Positions 12,101 to 27,732 are shown, counted from the first letter of the stretch. The stretch is DNA of 64,000 bases from Octopus sinensis (GCF_006345805.1 NC_043015.1:19344001-19408000), one strand, 5' to 3'. Made by a program: numbers and translations. The notes: generated from the letters alone by a model not told the origin.

Positions 12101-13831
12101 AATTTTTTCAGTAGAATGGGCTTAAAAATCGTTTTTGATGACGATATGACGAAGGCCAACTTTTTAGATATTATGCTTAATTTACACAGCGACTCTTACT
12201 TCCCATATCGTAAACCGTTGACCAATCTTAAGTACATTAGCAAATTTAGTAATCATCCTAGAGCAATTACTAAGAATCTAGTTAAGAATATTTCATTTAG
12301 ATTATCTAAATTATCTGCTAATGTTGATATTTTCAATAATAATGCTGAATTCTATAACTCTGCCTTAATCAAAGCAGGTTATACAGAGAAATTGATAACA
12401 TAACTTGCTGAGACTGGTACTATTCCGTTTATTTCTATCCCTAAATGTTGAGTAATGGATAGAAATTCTTTTAGATAACTCTAACGATGTGCTTCCAATG
12501 TAAAATCGTACTTTATTACGAGTACTCATTATACACTGGTATATAGAATTTTTAATCTTAGAGTTACTTGACAAACTTAATTCTATTGGAATTGACTTCA
12601 GATACAATAACCTTGTTATTAATATTTCTAGAGGGTTGAATGGTATTAGCTAAATTAATGTTAGTATTAGTAAATGTATTAATATTTAACAGTTTGTTAT
12701 TATGAGAAGAGATAATTTGCGAGAGATTATTTACTTTTAGATCGATAATAGGGGATTAAATAAGGGTTATAAATTCACATAAGGTTAGGATAGGTTTTTC
12801 AAACACAAAAAATCTCTTGCAAATTATCTCTTCTCATAATAACAAACTGTTAAATATTAATACATTTACTAATACTAACTTTAATTTAGCTAATACCATT
12901 CAACCCTCTAGAAATATTAATAACAAGGTTATTGTATCTGAAGTCGATTCCAATAGAATTAAGTTTATGTCAAGTAACTCTAAGATTAAAAATTCTATAT
13001 ACCAGTGTATAATCAGTACTCGTAATAACGTACGATTTTACATTGGAAGCACATCGTTAGAGTTATCTAAAAGAATTTCTATCCATTACTCAACATTTAG
13101 GGATAGAAATAAATGGAAAAATACCGGTCTCAACAAACTGATTTGGTATTTAAAAGACCACAATAAACAATTTCATTTAGAATGGTTGATTCTCTCAATT
13201 TCGATACCATATGACAAAGGCAAGAAATTCTGTCTTCTCTGCAATTCTGAGCTATTTTCCATTATTTTTTCTAAAAATACTCTAGTAAACACGGTTATAG
13301 AGCGAGCATACAGATGTAAGCATTGGCAAAAACATACATTTAGTGCATATAAGTAGTCTCTATCATTATATATAATTTAAACTTTAATTTCCTTTATATT
13401 TAACATTCACTATTAATATCCCTGCTCTTTCTGTTAGCTACTTATGACGTTATATCATATAACGTTTTTTTAAACAATATTAATAGCGTTCTGTCTATCG
13501 CTGTACAAATCCATCATTTTTTGCTAAAATGTCTTATTGACGAGTTTCGTTTTTTTCACTTTCCTGATAAGATTGCATTGTTTATACCATTTATTCTTTT
13601 GAATAGTATCAGTGGAATTTTTGAAACATGTGTCGAAAGTAAAAATATTTGATTACACCTGCGTTAACTCCATTTTTTTATTCATATTATTCAAAATATT
13701 CAACGTAAACACGAAGTTTCTACCTTTATAAACAAGGAGTTACAACACCTTTACTTGTGAGATTTTTGCTGCCCTGATAACTATTTATTTATTTTTTCCG
13801 TGTTAATTGTTAACAAGGTAAAAATACACTC

Positions 13832-13873
<42 letters not shown>

Positions 13874-16800
13874 TATATATATATGCATATATCATCATCA
13901 TCATCGTTTAGCGTCCGCTTTCCATGCTAGCATGGGTTGGACGGTTCAACTGGGGTCTGGGGTCTGTAGAGTGGTTTATGACATCTTCTTCATTGCCAAA
14001 CCTTACTTCCACTGTGCCATACTTTCTTCCATGTGTATGTGGTCAATTTTTTAACTTTTTCAAAGCACTCCTCTATTTCTTCTGTTGGGGCGAAATCTAT
14101 CTTGTTTGAGGATGTAGACAACGTCCTGTATACTACCATCCTCTTTACTATGCTGTTCATGAGTTCCTCTGCTTTAGACTGACTCCCTCTCTTTTTACCA
14201 GTTTGTTTCCTTCCCTCCACTTTCTTGTGTCAATTTCTATTTTCCTGTACTTCCAGGGTGTTAGCATTTATTCCTTGGGTCGTTGCCTCTGCATAACTTT
14301 GTCTATTCTCCATCTTTCTTCCTTTCTCCACTTCTCCCGTAGACGGGGAATATACAGATGCAAACAAAACAGTGACTAAAATTCAACAATTTAACAATTT
14401 AAACAATTCAACGAATTTTGGTTCACCTACAGCAAACATACAATATCAGTGTGTAATGATTTGAACTCACGTCGAAGAAATCACCCATGAGTGACAACAC
14501 CCAACACCCATGAGTGACAATCACTGGTCAGTGATGTGAAGTGGTTCCCAATGCAAATATATATATATATCTCCAACCTGATGGACCCAAGTTTCTGGGT
14601 ATTGACTCGCCATCAGCGTGTGACAATCACTGATAGGGCACAGAATGTGTGTCAATTGCCAGCTAGAGGAGGTGTCTTCCTGAGTCTACAAGCTACAGTA
14701 GCATCCACCCTTAAAGGTTAACCACATTTAAGTGGCAAATATACTTCACGATGTCTTGCAGCTACTGTTTATACCTCGCTCAGAGATTTGTTATCGCTTG
14801 TTTACACTTTTGCGAGACCAGTGACTTTTTGTCACTGGGAAAAGGATATATATATATTTGCATTGGGAACCACTTCACATCGACGACCAGTGATTGCCAC
14901 TCTTCTGTGTTTGGCTGCTACTGCTTAGTGAGTTTATTTGGTTAATGTATTTTTGTTGTTAAAATTGTTATGTTTGTGCTCTTGTTGGAATCGAACTGTT
15001 GACCTCATTGTAATAGAAATTTTCGCCCTACGAGGCAGAAAATTAAGTGCTGCATAACTTGTTGGACTGTTTTTTGTGTTTTTTTTTCTTTTTTATCCAT
15101 CGCAGAGTAAAAAATTATTTTTTGTCATTGTGATAAAATAACTACTATTTTTCTGATATTCAGAAGCCATTTGCAAAAATGGATTTGAATTTGTTTTCGA
15201 GTGTCGACTTTCTGTTCTCAAAGGAGGATTTCCCAGCCATGAAAGAAAGTAACCAAGTTTGTAACCAGGAAAGAAAGGAAAAGTTTTTCTGCTGCTGTCG
15301 GTGGCAATTTCTGTGAATTGGAGTTATCTAAGGAACATTTATTTATGTTTCAAAACCTGATAAAGAAAAGTGGCAATGAAACCAAACTTCTGCCACCACA
15401 GGACATGATACAAAACTTAACTGCCAAAACGGTAGTATACAAAACGTACAACCATAAAGAAAAAAAGAATAATGTCAGTGAAAAACGAGGTTGTAGAGAA
15501 GTGTCTTGCCCCCATGTGGGGAAAAATTACCTATGTCAGTCGAGGACCAAGAAACACCACTATTGAGGTGCAATTCGAAAACGCTGAAATAGCAAAAGAA
15601 ATATCAACTCAAACTCTAAAAAATGAGGAGATAATGTTACTTCCGACCTACCTAGGCTGGAGAACTGCAAAAATAACAATTGAGAAGATACCAGCTGGTT
15701 ATGATGTAAACTGGATGGCAGCAGCCGTAATTTACGACACAGAGGAAGAAATATCAATACTGCAAATGAAAAAGCAAGAGGCTCTAAACTGGAAAGGCCA
15801 AACACTCGAGATGTTGGTTCAGACTTCGAACAAAATATAGGGGAAGGATTTTTATAAGGGAAGGACTAAGCGCTAGAGTATCTGTCGAGGAATGTAGACC
15901 CAGATGCTTCAAATGTGGAGAAAAAGTTAAAAAACAACAACAGCAGCCTCCACCCTGATTTCTCTCCATATAGCTATTTGCCCTGGTCTACACCTTTCCC
16001 TGATAGCGCCTCACATCAATGGCTAGCCTCTTCCAATCTTCCTCTACTTGAATCTTTCCTGGTTCGTGTGTGCTCAGGGTGAGATCAATCGATTGGCACC
16101 AGTTGCAATTCCCCACTATCCTCCAAATGCTCTCCCCGGTGACACTGGGGTCAGCCATCCTGTCAACTCTCACATGGTGCATGTTGTGCAGCTCCTTAGT
16201 TCTGTATCTTCCAGTCAACAAACCACTGCTACCCCACTCAGAATATTCTCTGCTGTTTCCATCAAATGCTTTTTCACTCTGGTTAGAATATCCACCTCAT
16301 TCTTTTCTGAGGGCATAAAACCACATGCAACTACTGGTCAAACTCGGCAGCTTGCTCCCTCAGGATTCCCAGGCGATACTTAATCACCATTTTTATGGCC
16401 CCTTTTGTGCAAATCCTCTTCCAGTTGGTGATTACTGATTCCACCCACCCTTGCACTGTGGCAGAATCAATCCATACCTCAACAGTTTTCAGTCCCTATC
16501 TCAATGCTAGTTTGACACTTTTCAACACAGTATCCAGGCAACATTCGGTGGTGCACTTTCAATTGGTCATGAAGGGAACTAGTAGCACAGTAGTTCCTCT
16601 CTGCTTGTTGCTCGGCTTTCAGTTATTCACTATGTGTCCAGGGTGGCTGCATCAGTAACACCAGTGTTGGCTTTGGTTCCATGCATTCCCTGACCATGTG
16701 TGAACTTCAACATTTGAAGCATGGTCCTTTGACCATTCACCTTGCCAGACTCTTGCTGTCATTTTTTACTACCTGTGCCTTTCATCCCACTTGTATCCAC

Positions 16801-19800
16801 TGTCACTGTTGCCACTACATCATGTGTGTCACTTTGCAACAACACCCGCAATTTGTCGATCATCTCTCCTACTGACATTGTTTCAATGTCTGGGATCTGC
16901 TGCAGACGTAGAGAGATATGATCGGGGAAGCTGGTCGCAAAAGACAGCTTCACCATCCAATAAACCCTGCTATGCCACCGACCTCCTAATCTTACTCACA
17001 TAGTCGTCTTCACTATCCCAAGCTTGCTGTAGGTTTTAAAAGCCCCTCCATGCATGCATCTTTCAGCTGCTCTTCAGTTTTTTTCTGCTTTCTATTGGTC
17101 TGCTTCTTCCCTCTCCAAGTACAGATTCAGCACACTGCCTTCTAAGTACAATAGCATAAGGCTAGCCACATCTTCTATTCCCTGCACCTTCACCATGAGT
17201 CTCACTTTCTTTATCTAGGCCACTGCATCACCTTCCCCAGTGAACGGTCTCAACACATCACTACCAATTCTGATTTTTGTGGCTATTGCAAAAAAAAAAA
17301 AATGAAGAAGAATAAGAGCAACATAAAAAATTTAAAAATCTAGTTCACCGACATAACCTCATAGTTGGTAACATTTTGCCAGAATAGCTTATGGTTTAAA
17401 GGTACAAAAATAGAGTTGCTCTTACTTTAACTTGCAATCAGCTACTGCCAGCAGATCATTCAGTTATTATTACATATTGACATGACCGATCTCTTCACAC
17501 CACATCTGGCCTCTGTCACTGACAGCATAAAGAAGAGGGTGACTTTCCTTGTCGCTCACCAGTGTGACGTCATCTTATCCCTTCCAGTCTTCCTGCACCA
17601 TCTCTCCCCCTCCCTTCTGGTCAGTTACATTTCCATCACAATTATGTATATATGTTTACACTAGGTATTTTATTCATGAGCTGTAACTCTCTTCCAGTTT
17701 GTATATTTATATTTGTCACAGGTTGTATATTTATATTTGTCCACAAGTTTCATTTGTAAATTTGTCTGCTTTATACTCTTTATGAACTGAGCAACCGGTA
17801 TTTGTCATATAAGCATACAGACATACACAGTTTTTGAGATGAGTGTGAGATTAGCAATTCTGTCAAAATATTACTACAATATTACTAAATGATTTAATGA
17901 GAATCAAATTAACATATTTACTACAAATTTTTGCTTAATACTTTTTGTTTTATGAAAAAGGTCCACGAGTTGACAATGCTAACATCCTTACTCCAATGGA
18001 AGGACTTTGTGGCAGTTCATTGCCTTTAGAAACATCATTTAAAACCAGTCGTAACTATTTGACTGTTCGTTTCAAAATTGAAAGTTCAAGTAATGAGAAA
18101 CGCGAAGGATTTTCTATCAAAATTTGGCAGCATGAATGGAAAAGTCCTGTCAACTCTCAACGTGGAGGATTTAATCCTGGTGGTAGGTTCAAATATTTTC
18201 TTTTATTTTCTGTTTATTTAATATTGTCATTCAAAGATAGCCTATTCTGTAGAGAATCAGGTTTGTATTTGTGGTGCTAAAAAATCAATTACGGCAGTAA
18301 AAACAGATATGATCATAGAAATTCTAGCATATATATTGAAGTGCTGGCCAATGGTAAGTGCAAAGGAATAGTAGATGTATCTTAAAATTGAGAGTGCCAA
18401 GTATTGTAAAGTTAATGCAAATGGTAATGTACAATAGAGTTGCTGTGATCATAGTGAGATTAATAAATAATAAAACTCTTGCATATATAATTTTTTGAAG
18501 CACTTTGCTGAGAATGTTATCTACAATATATTACTGTTCTGTCTGAGAAATGTTTTTCATATATTCAACACTATGCAAAATCAGAGGTATGAAAACAGTG
18601 AGAAGTACAGATCTTGTAGAAGGCTCTGAAAGCATCAGTGAGGAATGTTCACATTGTTTCCTCACTTAGATAATATAGAATGAGGTTATCTTTTTATCAT
18701 ACACTTAGCTGTCTTTACATCAAAGCTAGTATTGAAAGTAAAAATATTTCAATATACAGAAGCATGAATGGTTTCTTTTGTTTTTACACCATTTGGTGAT
18801 AAATACAGAGGGACATCTGCTTTCTATTTCAAAATTGGAGGTGTCAAGTATTGCATTGTAAATGTAAATAATGAGTATACAAAAGGGGTGGTATGATCAA
18901 AATGAGGCTAATATAGACTCAGAACTCTGGGAGCATTAGAGTTCTTTGCTATATTCTACTGATTACTGTTCTCTCCAGAAAGACTTTTTTTTTCTGTTAC
19001 ATACTTAACATTGTAGAAACCAAATTCAGGCACTCTTGTGGAATACAGACTACTGACACTGTAGACTAGCATCCTAGTGACAACTACAGGCTTATCCTCT
19101 AGATTTGTATATGCTAATATTTATCAATAAAATTGTTATTCTTAGTTAAATATATAGAGTCACTTATGTCAATCTGAGTTTCAGTTAGCTTACAGACATC
19201 ACACATTGTTCATAATCTGCACAGCAGTATAACACATGCTACATTTAAACCTTATAAACCCAAATAATTTATTAATATTTGTGAAAGCAGTAGCAAGTGC
19301 TGTAGAATACATGTTAGCTCATACCAAGGCAAATACATAGCATGGTTTTAATAACACTACAGCTTATTTCCTGACACTTATAAATGTGTAAATATTTCAA
19401 ATTCTCCTTTACCCTTCATTAACATCTTTTGTGTCTACACAAGTAATGCTTAAAGGTCCATTGAAGAGTCAGAAATTTAGAGAAGTACTAAGTGAAACAT
19501 TTGACAAGATGGTAGAAGAGATAGCAACATTTAGCATAGATGACATTTGGAAGTTCTTTCAGTCAACTTGCTGAAAAAACTGCGAGAAAGGAGCCAACAG
19601 AGAACTATAACAGGTAACTGAGACAGGAAGTTAGGTGACCATCATGTTGTGCAGGAAGGTAAAGGAGACGCCTTAGGGAGAAGTAATAGCATAGGCAACA
19701 AATTACTGGAAGTCAAGAAAATTGTTTCACAATGGCAGCAACAGAGAGTAAGAAGTTTGTCAACATTCTACAGTGGCAGGATCAGCTGGTGTTGGTGTGT

Positions 19801-22110
19801 TTAAAACATCTCCATAGCTTAGCAGTTCAATAAAAGAGACAGAGAATAAAAACCAGGCTTAAAAAATACTGGGGTCACTTTGTTCATGCTAAAATTTTTC
19901 AAGGTGGTGGCCACAGTCTAATGGCTGAAACAGGTAAAAAATAATGTCCGGAAAGTTCGTGCCGATTTTTAAAGGAAAGAAAATGGTCAATAAATACTTG
20001 CCATTACATTTTTAATCAACCAAATATGAACCATTTTGTTGCACAATGATTCTCCATCTTTCCTTTAACTTGAAAATATCCTCTTCCCAGAATTGAGATG
20101 GTTTCATGGCAAAGAATTCATCATGGTATTTTTTTACGTCATCCAAGGAATTGAAATTTTTACCATTAAGACTATTCTGCAGAGACCTGAATAAGTGGAA
20201 ATCCGAAGGAGGAATATCTGGTGAATATGGAGGGTGGGGTAACACATCCCAGCTGAGCTGCAGCAATTTTTGTCTGGTTCCCAAAGAAATGTGCGATCTT
20301 GCATTATCATGTTGGATAACAACACTCCTCCTGTTGGCCAATTCTGGACATTTCTCTTGAACTGCTGCTTTTAACTCGTCCAGTTGTGTGCAGTATTTCT
20401 CAGAATTAATTGTCTGGTTACTTGGGAGAAGCTCATAGTACAGAATTCCTTTCCAATCCCACCAGACACAAAGCAAGACTTTTTTTAGGGTGAAGACCTG
20501 CTTTTGGAGTGGCTAAGGGTGCCTCATGTCGCTTACTCCAGGATCGCTTTCACTGAACATTTCGGTAGATAATCCATTTCTCGTCACCTCTCACAATTTG
20601 CTTTAAAAAAGGCACGTTTTCATTCCATTTATAAAGCGAATCACAGATGGAAATGCAATCCAAAAGGTTCTTCTCACTCAACTCATGTGGTACCCAAACA
20701 TTGTTGCAATTTGTGTACCTAAGCTTTACCAGTTGCTCATTATTAAAAAGTTAAAAAATAATAATTCGAACTGATTAGATCAACCAGTGAAGTCATTCTT
20801 TTCTCAAATATACCTAACTGTACCAAGGATCTCACATATTTTCCAATATATATATATATATATATATATAAGGTTCATTTTGTTAGGGACGTAGCAGAGT
20901 ACAGTGTAGAGCTCATTCACCCTTAGAATTACCAAATAGCTGGTAGTATTATGATATACTTCCAAGTCTAGATTTTGGCATTCGTCATAAAATTGAATAA
21001 GTTAGAGTCAATAGGAAGGAATTCGGTTGGGCAGTTATTTTTTAATCATGACAAATGTTTCCGCACAACATAGTTCTTCATACATACAGGTATTTGATTA
21101 TGCTACTGTTTACCTGTATAATGGGATCCATTTGTATTTCTTCAGATGATATTCAATTGCTGTCTCTGTAAAAAAACTTCCAACTTTAATGCTAGCATAT
21201 TCATCTGCTTTGTTTGAATTTAGTAGATGCTGGCAGTTTCATTCTGCTTGCTGTTAATTTTTGATCTGTTCCTTATGTTGGGCTGTACATGTGAAATTTT
21301 ATTATCTGAAATATTCATTTTTAGTTGGAATGGAGATGTCCTTTAGTGAGAAGTCTAGATTTAGTTTTTCCATCCTTTGACCCTTTGTAGTACTCTGATT
21401 CAAAAAAAAGCGACTTCTAGTTTTTGTCAGTGTTATTTAAGGTGTATTCCATTAGGAACATAGCAGAGTACAGTATAGAGCTTGTTCACCCTTAGAATTA
21501 CCAGATAGCTGGTAGTATTATGATATACTTCCAAATCTAGATTTTGGCATTCGTCGTGTGAAAATAAAATTGAATAATTTAGGGACAACAGGAAAGAATC
21601 CAGTTTGACAGTTATTTTTTAATCATGACAAATATTTCCACACAACATAGTTCTTCATATGTCCAAGTATTTGATTATATAACTGTTTATCTGTATAATG
21701 AGATCCATTTGTATTTCTTCAGGTGATATTCAATTGCTGTCTCTGTTAGTAAAAAACCTCTGACTTTGATGCTAGCACATCCATCTGCCTTGTTTGAATT
21801 TAGTAGATGCTGGCAGTTTCATTCTGGTTGCTGTTAATGTGCTTCAACGTGCCTGCCATGAGTAGTAAATTCAAACAAAGTAGATGGATGTGCTAGCATC
21901 GAAGTCAGAGGCTTTTTACTAACAGAGACAGCAATTGAATATCATCTGAAGAAATACAACTAGATCCCATTATACAGGTAAACAGTAGCATAATCAAATA
22001 CCTGTATGTATGAAGAACTATGTTGTGTGGAAACATTTGTCATGATTAAAAAAATAACTGTCAAACTGGATTCCTTCCTGTTGACCCTAAATTATTCAAT
22101 TTTATATATT

Positions 22111-22193
<83 letters not shown>

Positions 22194-25100
22194 AATGGCA
22201 ATTTGTTTGGTTGTCTGTTAGTGTCAAGTTGCCATCTACACCCATTAACGAATCTTCATGAAACTTTTTATACATGTTAAACCTACATCCAGTTTGCTAC
22301 TAGGCTCATTGTAGTTTAGTAAAAATTTATAATTGGATGGCTAGGGCCCCTAGAAGGGGTCCAGATGTAACCGACCTATTTTCCTTTAACGGCCAAAAGG
22401 AAATAACCCATTCATTTTTCTTTGTTTTTCTCCCTCCATTTATTAGAGAAGCAATAATATTAGAGTGACCGATTGCCAATGGTTACATTGTATAAATACA
22501 TGTGCATTCTACATTATGTGGACTTTGTTACAAGAAGTTGTCATTGTGGTGTATACGAGAGATTCGAAATAAGAACACCTACGTTCTCTTCACTTGACGG
22601 AGATCGCTCAGTGGTAATGGACCCTTCAACGCAGCCTGACCCGAACACTAGAAATAGCAGCTGCTTCTCCCCTACCTTAACAACGTGCTCACACGTCTGA
22701 CTCCTTCGGCTACCTCAATCGAAAAGGCCCAATCCTGCCCTGCCTGCGCGCACGTCACTCCTGCTCCTTCCTCTTCCAGTCAGCCCCAAGTTCTGGTCAG
22801 CTCCCCAGCTGCTGACATCATCCCACACGCCACCCTGATCTTAAAGATCACAATCTCTCTACTCCACGTCGTAGTCCACCATCCAACTGGGAGAGCGCCT
22901 TGCGCGTTGAGATCTTCTCAGGCTAGGCACCTCGTTCTCCCCCTCCCCATAATCGTCGTCCAATGAAGCGACAATCCTGCGTAGGTTCAAGACATGTCGT
23001 GGCATTCCATCCATGGAGACATTGTTTCTGGAATTGACCGCCGTCACCGTTCCTCTGCTCCATTGAGATGTACAGTGCGCCTTCGGTGGCTTAACCCAGA
23101 CTTCCTCCCCTATTTTCACGCAAGCAGGTCCCTTCTCTTCCTCGTGGCCCTCCGGTGCTTTACTCGGGTGCCTCCATTCATATTTAAATACAGCTCTCTG
23201 CGGCACAGATTCTTCAGCTTGTCCAGATCGGGGAGACAAGTTGTACCAAAAAACTGCTTCCAGCGGCGAAATGTGTCCTCTTTCTGCTATGGCCTTGACT
23301 GTTCGATGGTGCCTCTCTATGATCCCGTTACCGCTCGGCCTATACGCTGCTCTGAACAAGCGACGCACTTTCCACCGGTCGAGGATATCCCTCAATGCTT
23401 CCGAATGAAATGCCGCCCCGTTGTCCATTAGCAGTTCTTCCATGGGACCTCTCTCTAAAAATATCCCATTCAAAATCTGCGCAACCTCATCAGCATTACT
23501 CGTTCTCAACTCCCTCCAAATGGCCAGCCAGCCCGCAGTCGACCATGGAGAGATACATTCCCTGACGGTAGTGCGTCATATCCACAGCTAGCCTTTTCCA
23601 GTTGTGCTCCACCGAAAGATTTCCTTGCTCATGCCCGCATGACACCTGTCGCATCTCTCGACCACTTTCCGGATGCTTCTCCTAGTGACATCAGCATCAA
23701 TTTTCTTCACCAGAGTGATGCATAGCATGCTGTCTCTTCAGTTCAGAGTCATCCAACCGACATGCCACAGCTATCCCTTTCCGAGCCTCCTCCGGTTCCT
23801 CCAACCACGCCCTTTTCACCCTGGTCAGTGCGTCCACCCTGTTTTTCTCCGAAGGCACGAAAACCACGTTCAGCTTCAGTCCGAACTCTCCTTTCACAGG
23901 TGATCACCGATCTTACCCAGCCAAGCACAGTGAAGCCCCCATTTCAGGGCCAAGTTCACCCCGTTTAGCACCGCATCTAATTCGGCAACATTGATGTGGT
24001 TGAAGTCATCTGCTTTCCGAAACGCCTTCGATCGCCAACGCAACCCCTATTGCTATACTGCTAGCATCACACCAGACGGTCCCGCATTCCGTCTTGGGCA
24101 CATACCAGTTCCCCTGAGCGAGTCTTCCGCTTTCGTCCTCTCTAGGATTTCCTGCATCATCACCACCGTCCCTTCTCCCACCTTCTCGCCCCAACTCTCC
24201 TCCTCTGCTCATCTCTTGGTGTAACTGCACGCTGTGCACAGCCATCTAGCGATCAGGTAGTGACCGACCAACATCCCACACACCGAGAACAGCTCTCTCC
24301 TGCTGACAATGGAACTCAGCTCTGGGATTTCATTCCCTCTCCAGAACACCAACTCACCCAATCTATCTCTTTGCAGCTTCAGCCCCAGTGCAGCTCCCCC
24401 TTCCATCGACTCCGGTGGCTTCACAATAAGTCCGAACTTCTCCAGATGTCTAACTACCTCGTTGGCTGGCACTACAGTTTCGTCCACCAAAATGTTATCT
24501 ATGTAGGAACTGGTGGCCTTTCTAATCTTGCCGTCTTTCCCTAGGACGGACTTAAGCACTGCCGCCATGATCTTCGGAACGGAATTCAGTCTGCAACCCA
24601 GCCTGGTTAAACAGTACGTCCAGCCTTTGTACCGCACCAGCTGATATCGCCACAGTTTGTCGCTTACACGGAGCTGCAAGTATGCCGATTTCAAGTCGAC
24701 AATCGCCGCTGCCTTGATCGACTGTCTCCACGCACGTAACGTCTCGCCACAAACTTCCGTCGCCTCACCTCCCGTGTGACATGATGTTGGTTTAGCTCCC
24801 TGAAGTCCAGCACCGGTCTGACTTTTCCCTTTGTAGGCTGCACCACCACCATCAGGGGTAGCACTCTGCCCACTACCTCCTCCTCCCAAGGGACAAGGAC
24901 CCCTTCCTCAATCCACCTCTCCACCTTGTCTTCAAACTCGACCCTGGCATGACCTTTCAGGGTATGCTGGTAGCAGCTCACGTTGTTTTTCAGCATCGGG
25001 GGCTTGTCCTTCCATTGCCACTCTATCATCCACCGCTGACCATCGAACGCCGCCTGAAAATCTTTGTCTTCGATGGTGTAAGCGGCGCAATCCCTCGCAG

Positions 25101-27681
25101 AGCTCTGCTCTCTCTGGCGAATGTGACCTCATCTCCCACAATACTGACGCCACTGAGGCGGTTAATGGCGTCCATCCCCATCACCACATCAACCCCATCT
25201 ATCACGCATTCAGCTGTTGCCTTTGCAACGGATTTCGCTGCCGTCGACTCCCCGGACGCTACTTGCCCCTATCCATTTCTTCGCCACTCTTGAAGTCACA
25301 AGGGTGGTCGTGCAACCCGTATCCATGAATGCCTTGAAGTCTTCCCCTCGGCCCCGATATCAATTAAGGGCTGCATCTCCAAAATCGCCTCTACTTGCGG
25401 GGAAAGTTCGAGAGGCAGCAACTTCCCCATGGTCGTTTCCCTGGTCGCAATCGCAGGCGATGTGCTCTGTCTGCCTGCATCGATAGCAAACGGGCCCGGT
25501 TGTGTACACTCCCTCGCCCTGTGTGACCCCTGACATCTAAAACACTGACCTGAGACTGGCCACTGTCGTTACACGGTAGGCTTCTTCACGTCTTTCTCCG
25601 GCCGTCTTTATGCACCTCCGTTACTGCCATCACTATCGCCTTCCGCCCAGTGTGTCACGACAACACTCGGGTTTGAGTCACCAGTTCGCTCAGCACCATC
25701 TTTTTACTCCCGGGCAATTGTTGTAGGCGAATCTCTACGTCGTCGGAAAACCCATTTACGAATGCCAGTCGCACTGCTCTCTCCAGCCCTTCTCCTGTAA
25801 AACCAGCCAGCGTGGCTAACCTTCGCACTTCTGCCACGTATTTGTTCACCTGTCCTCCCGTCCATCTAATCGTACCCAGCTTAACAAAAGCTGTATACTC
25901 ACACTCGGTGTAAGCATCTCTCAGGTGTTGCTCGATCTTCTCCTCGCTCAGACGTTCTTCCTCGTCCATCTGCTTTCCTTCCAAATACAGCACCATAAGA
26001 CTTGCCACATCGCTTATGCCTTGCAGTCTTGCCACCAGCCTGATTTTACGAATCCAGGCCACTACATTGCCCTCACCATTAAAGAATCTGATAATGTCGC
26101 TGGCGATCCTGATTTTCGCTTATATGGAGCGCCGAAATATGGACACCTACCTTCTCTTCGTTCAACGGAGACCACTCAGTGGTAATGGACCCTTCAACAC
26201 AGCTCGATCCGAACACTAGAAATAGCAGCTGCTTCTCCTCTACCTTAACAACGTGCTCACGCGTCTGACTCCTTTGACTACCTCGATCGAAAAGTCCCAA
26301 TCCTTTCCTGCTTGCGCCCGCGTCACTCCTGCCCCTTCCTCTTCTGGTCAGCCCCAAGTTCCGGTCAGCTCCCCAGCTGCTGACGTCATCCCACAGTCAG
26401 ACAAGATCAGTGATACTATCAATCTAACCTCTGTCCTAATTCAATATATAAATTTAATGACATTTCATAGACCTTCCTTAGATCTTTCATTTAAAACAAA
26501 GTTGAATTAAATCTCACCATGAGTTATGGATATGTCAATGCCACAATTTATTTGCAAACTTTACCATTAACATACTGTTTCCATGGCAACTGTGCAAAAA
26601 ATTTTGAAAATATTACATTTTATTTGATATAAATCAAGTTGAGTATGTTTATTTCTTAGCATTTGAACTGGTAGGGGATCTTTTCGGTTTGAGCGGCAGT
26701 TTTTTCTAGCGGTGTCATATGAAATTGTCACCCATAATTATGACCCTAGTATCAATCTATTGCATTTCAATCTGTTTTAGGGTTAGGGTTAGGGGTGGGG
26801 GGAAGGGTATCTTTTTTTCTTCAGAAATGTAAATAAACCCAATCTGTTTCTTAAACAAGGGACATATTCATTCAGCACAGAATGTTTTCACCTCAATAGA
26901 CGTCATTGATTAGTTGAAATTGCAGAAATTGAAGAAAAAAACAACAGATATCTTACAAACTATAGAATTTTCTCAAAACCACAAGAAAAAGATGTTTTAT
27001 AAACACATTCTACCAGTATACGAAGTTTAAAAGTGTTTAGTTACATGGAAATTATTTTAAAAAACTGCCGTTCAAACCGAAAAGATCCCTGGTAGGTTTA
27101 TTTTCGCACTTTACCCAGAACAACCCTTAAACAAGTAAATAGTATTTTCCTCAACAATAGATCCACTTATTTCATTTAGTGACTTATTCACTAATATACC
27201 ATGAATGACGATGCCTTTCATGTCACTTCAGCCAATTGACAAGCGCTGCATTAAGAACTTTTCAGAGTTACTTATTTTGAATTGTTATTCTCTCATATTC
27301 AATTTGCCTGTTATTGCGCAACATGCTTAACAATTTTGGTATAAATACCTTATTAGTATTTCCTCCTAAATTCTATACATTCTGGGAGTGCATCAAAGCT
27401 CTTATCAGGGCTACTTTATTTGAATTCTTAATATCAGGTAACTAATTTGCATGTTATTACATAACTGACTTCAGGGTTTTGGTATCCATAACTTACTGGA
27501 ATTTCCTAAAAACAAGATCCTATGTGAGACAGTTCAGTATTCTCTGTAAATGCACAAAAACTCTTTTAAGGCTACATATTTTGTATTGTTGCTACTGGAT
27601 TAGTGAAATATTTATGAGAACGGACCAAGAGATAAACCCCACTTTTCTGGGAATTACCAATAACGTGTGTATATATATATA

Positions 27682-27732
<51 letters not shown>

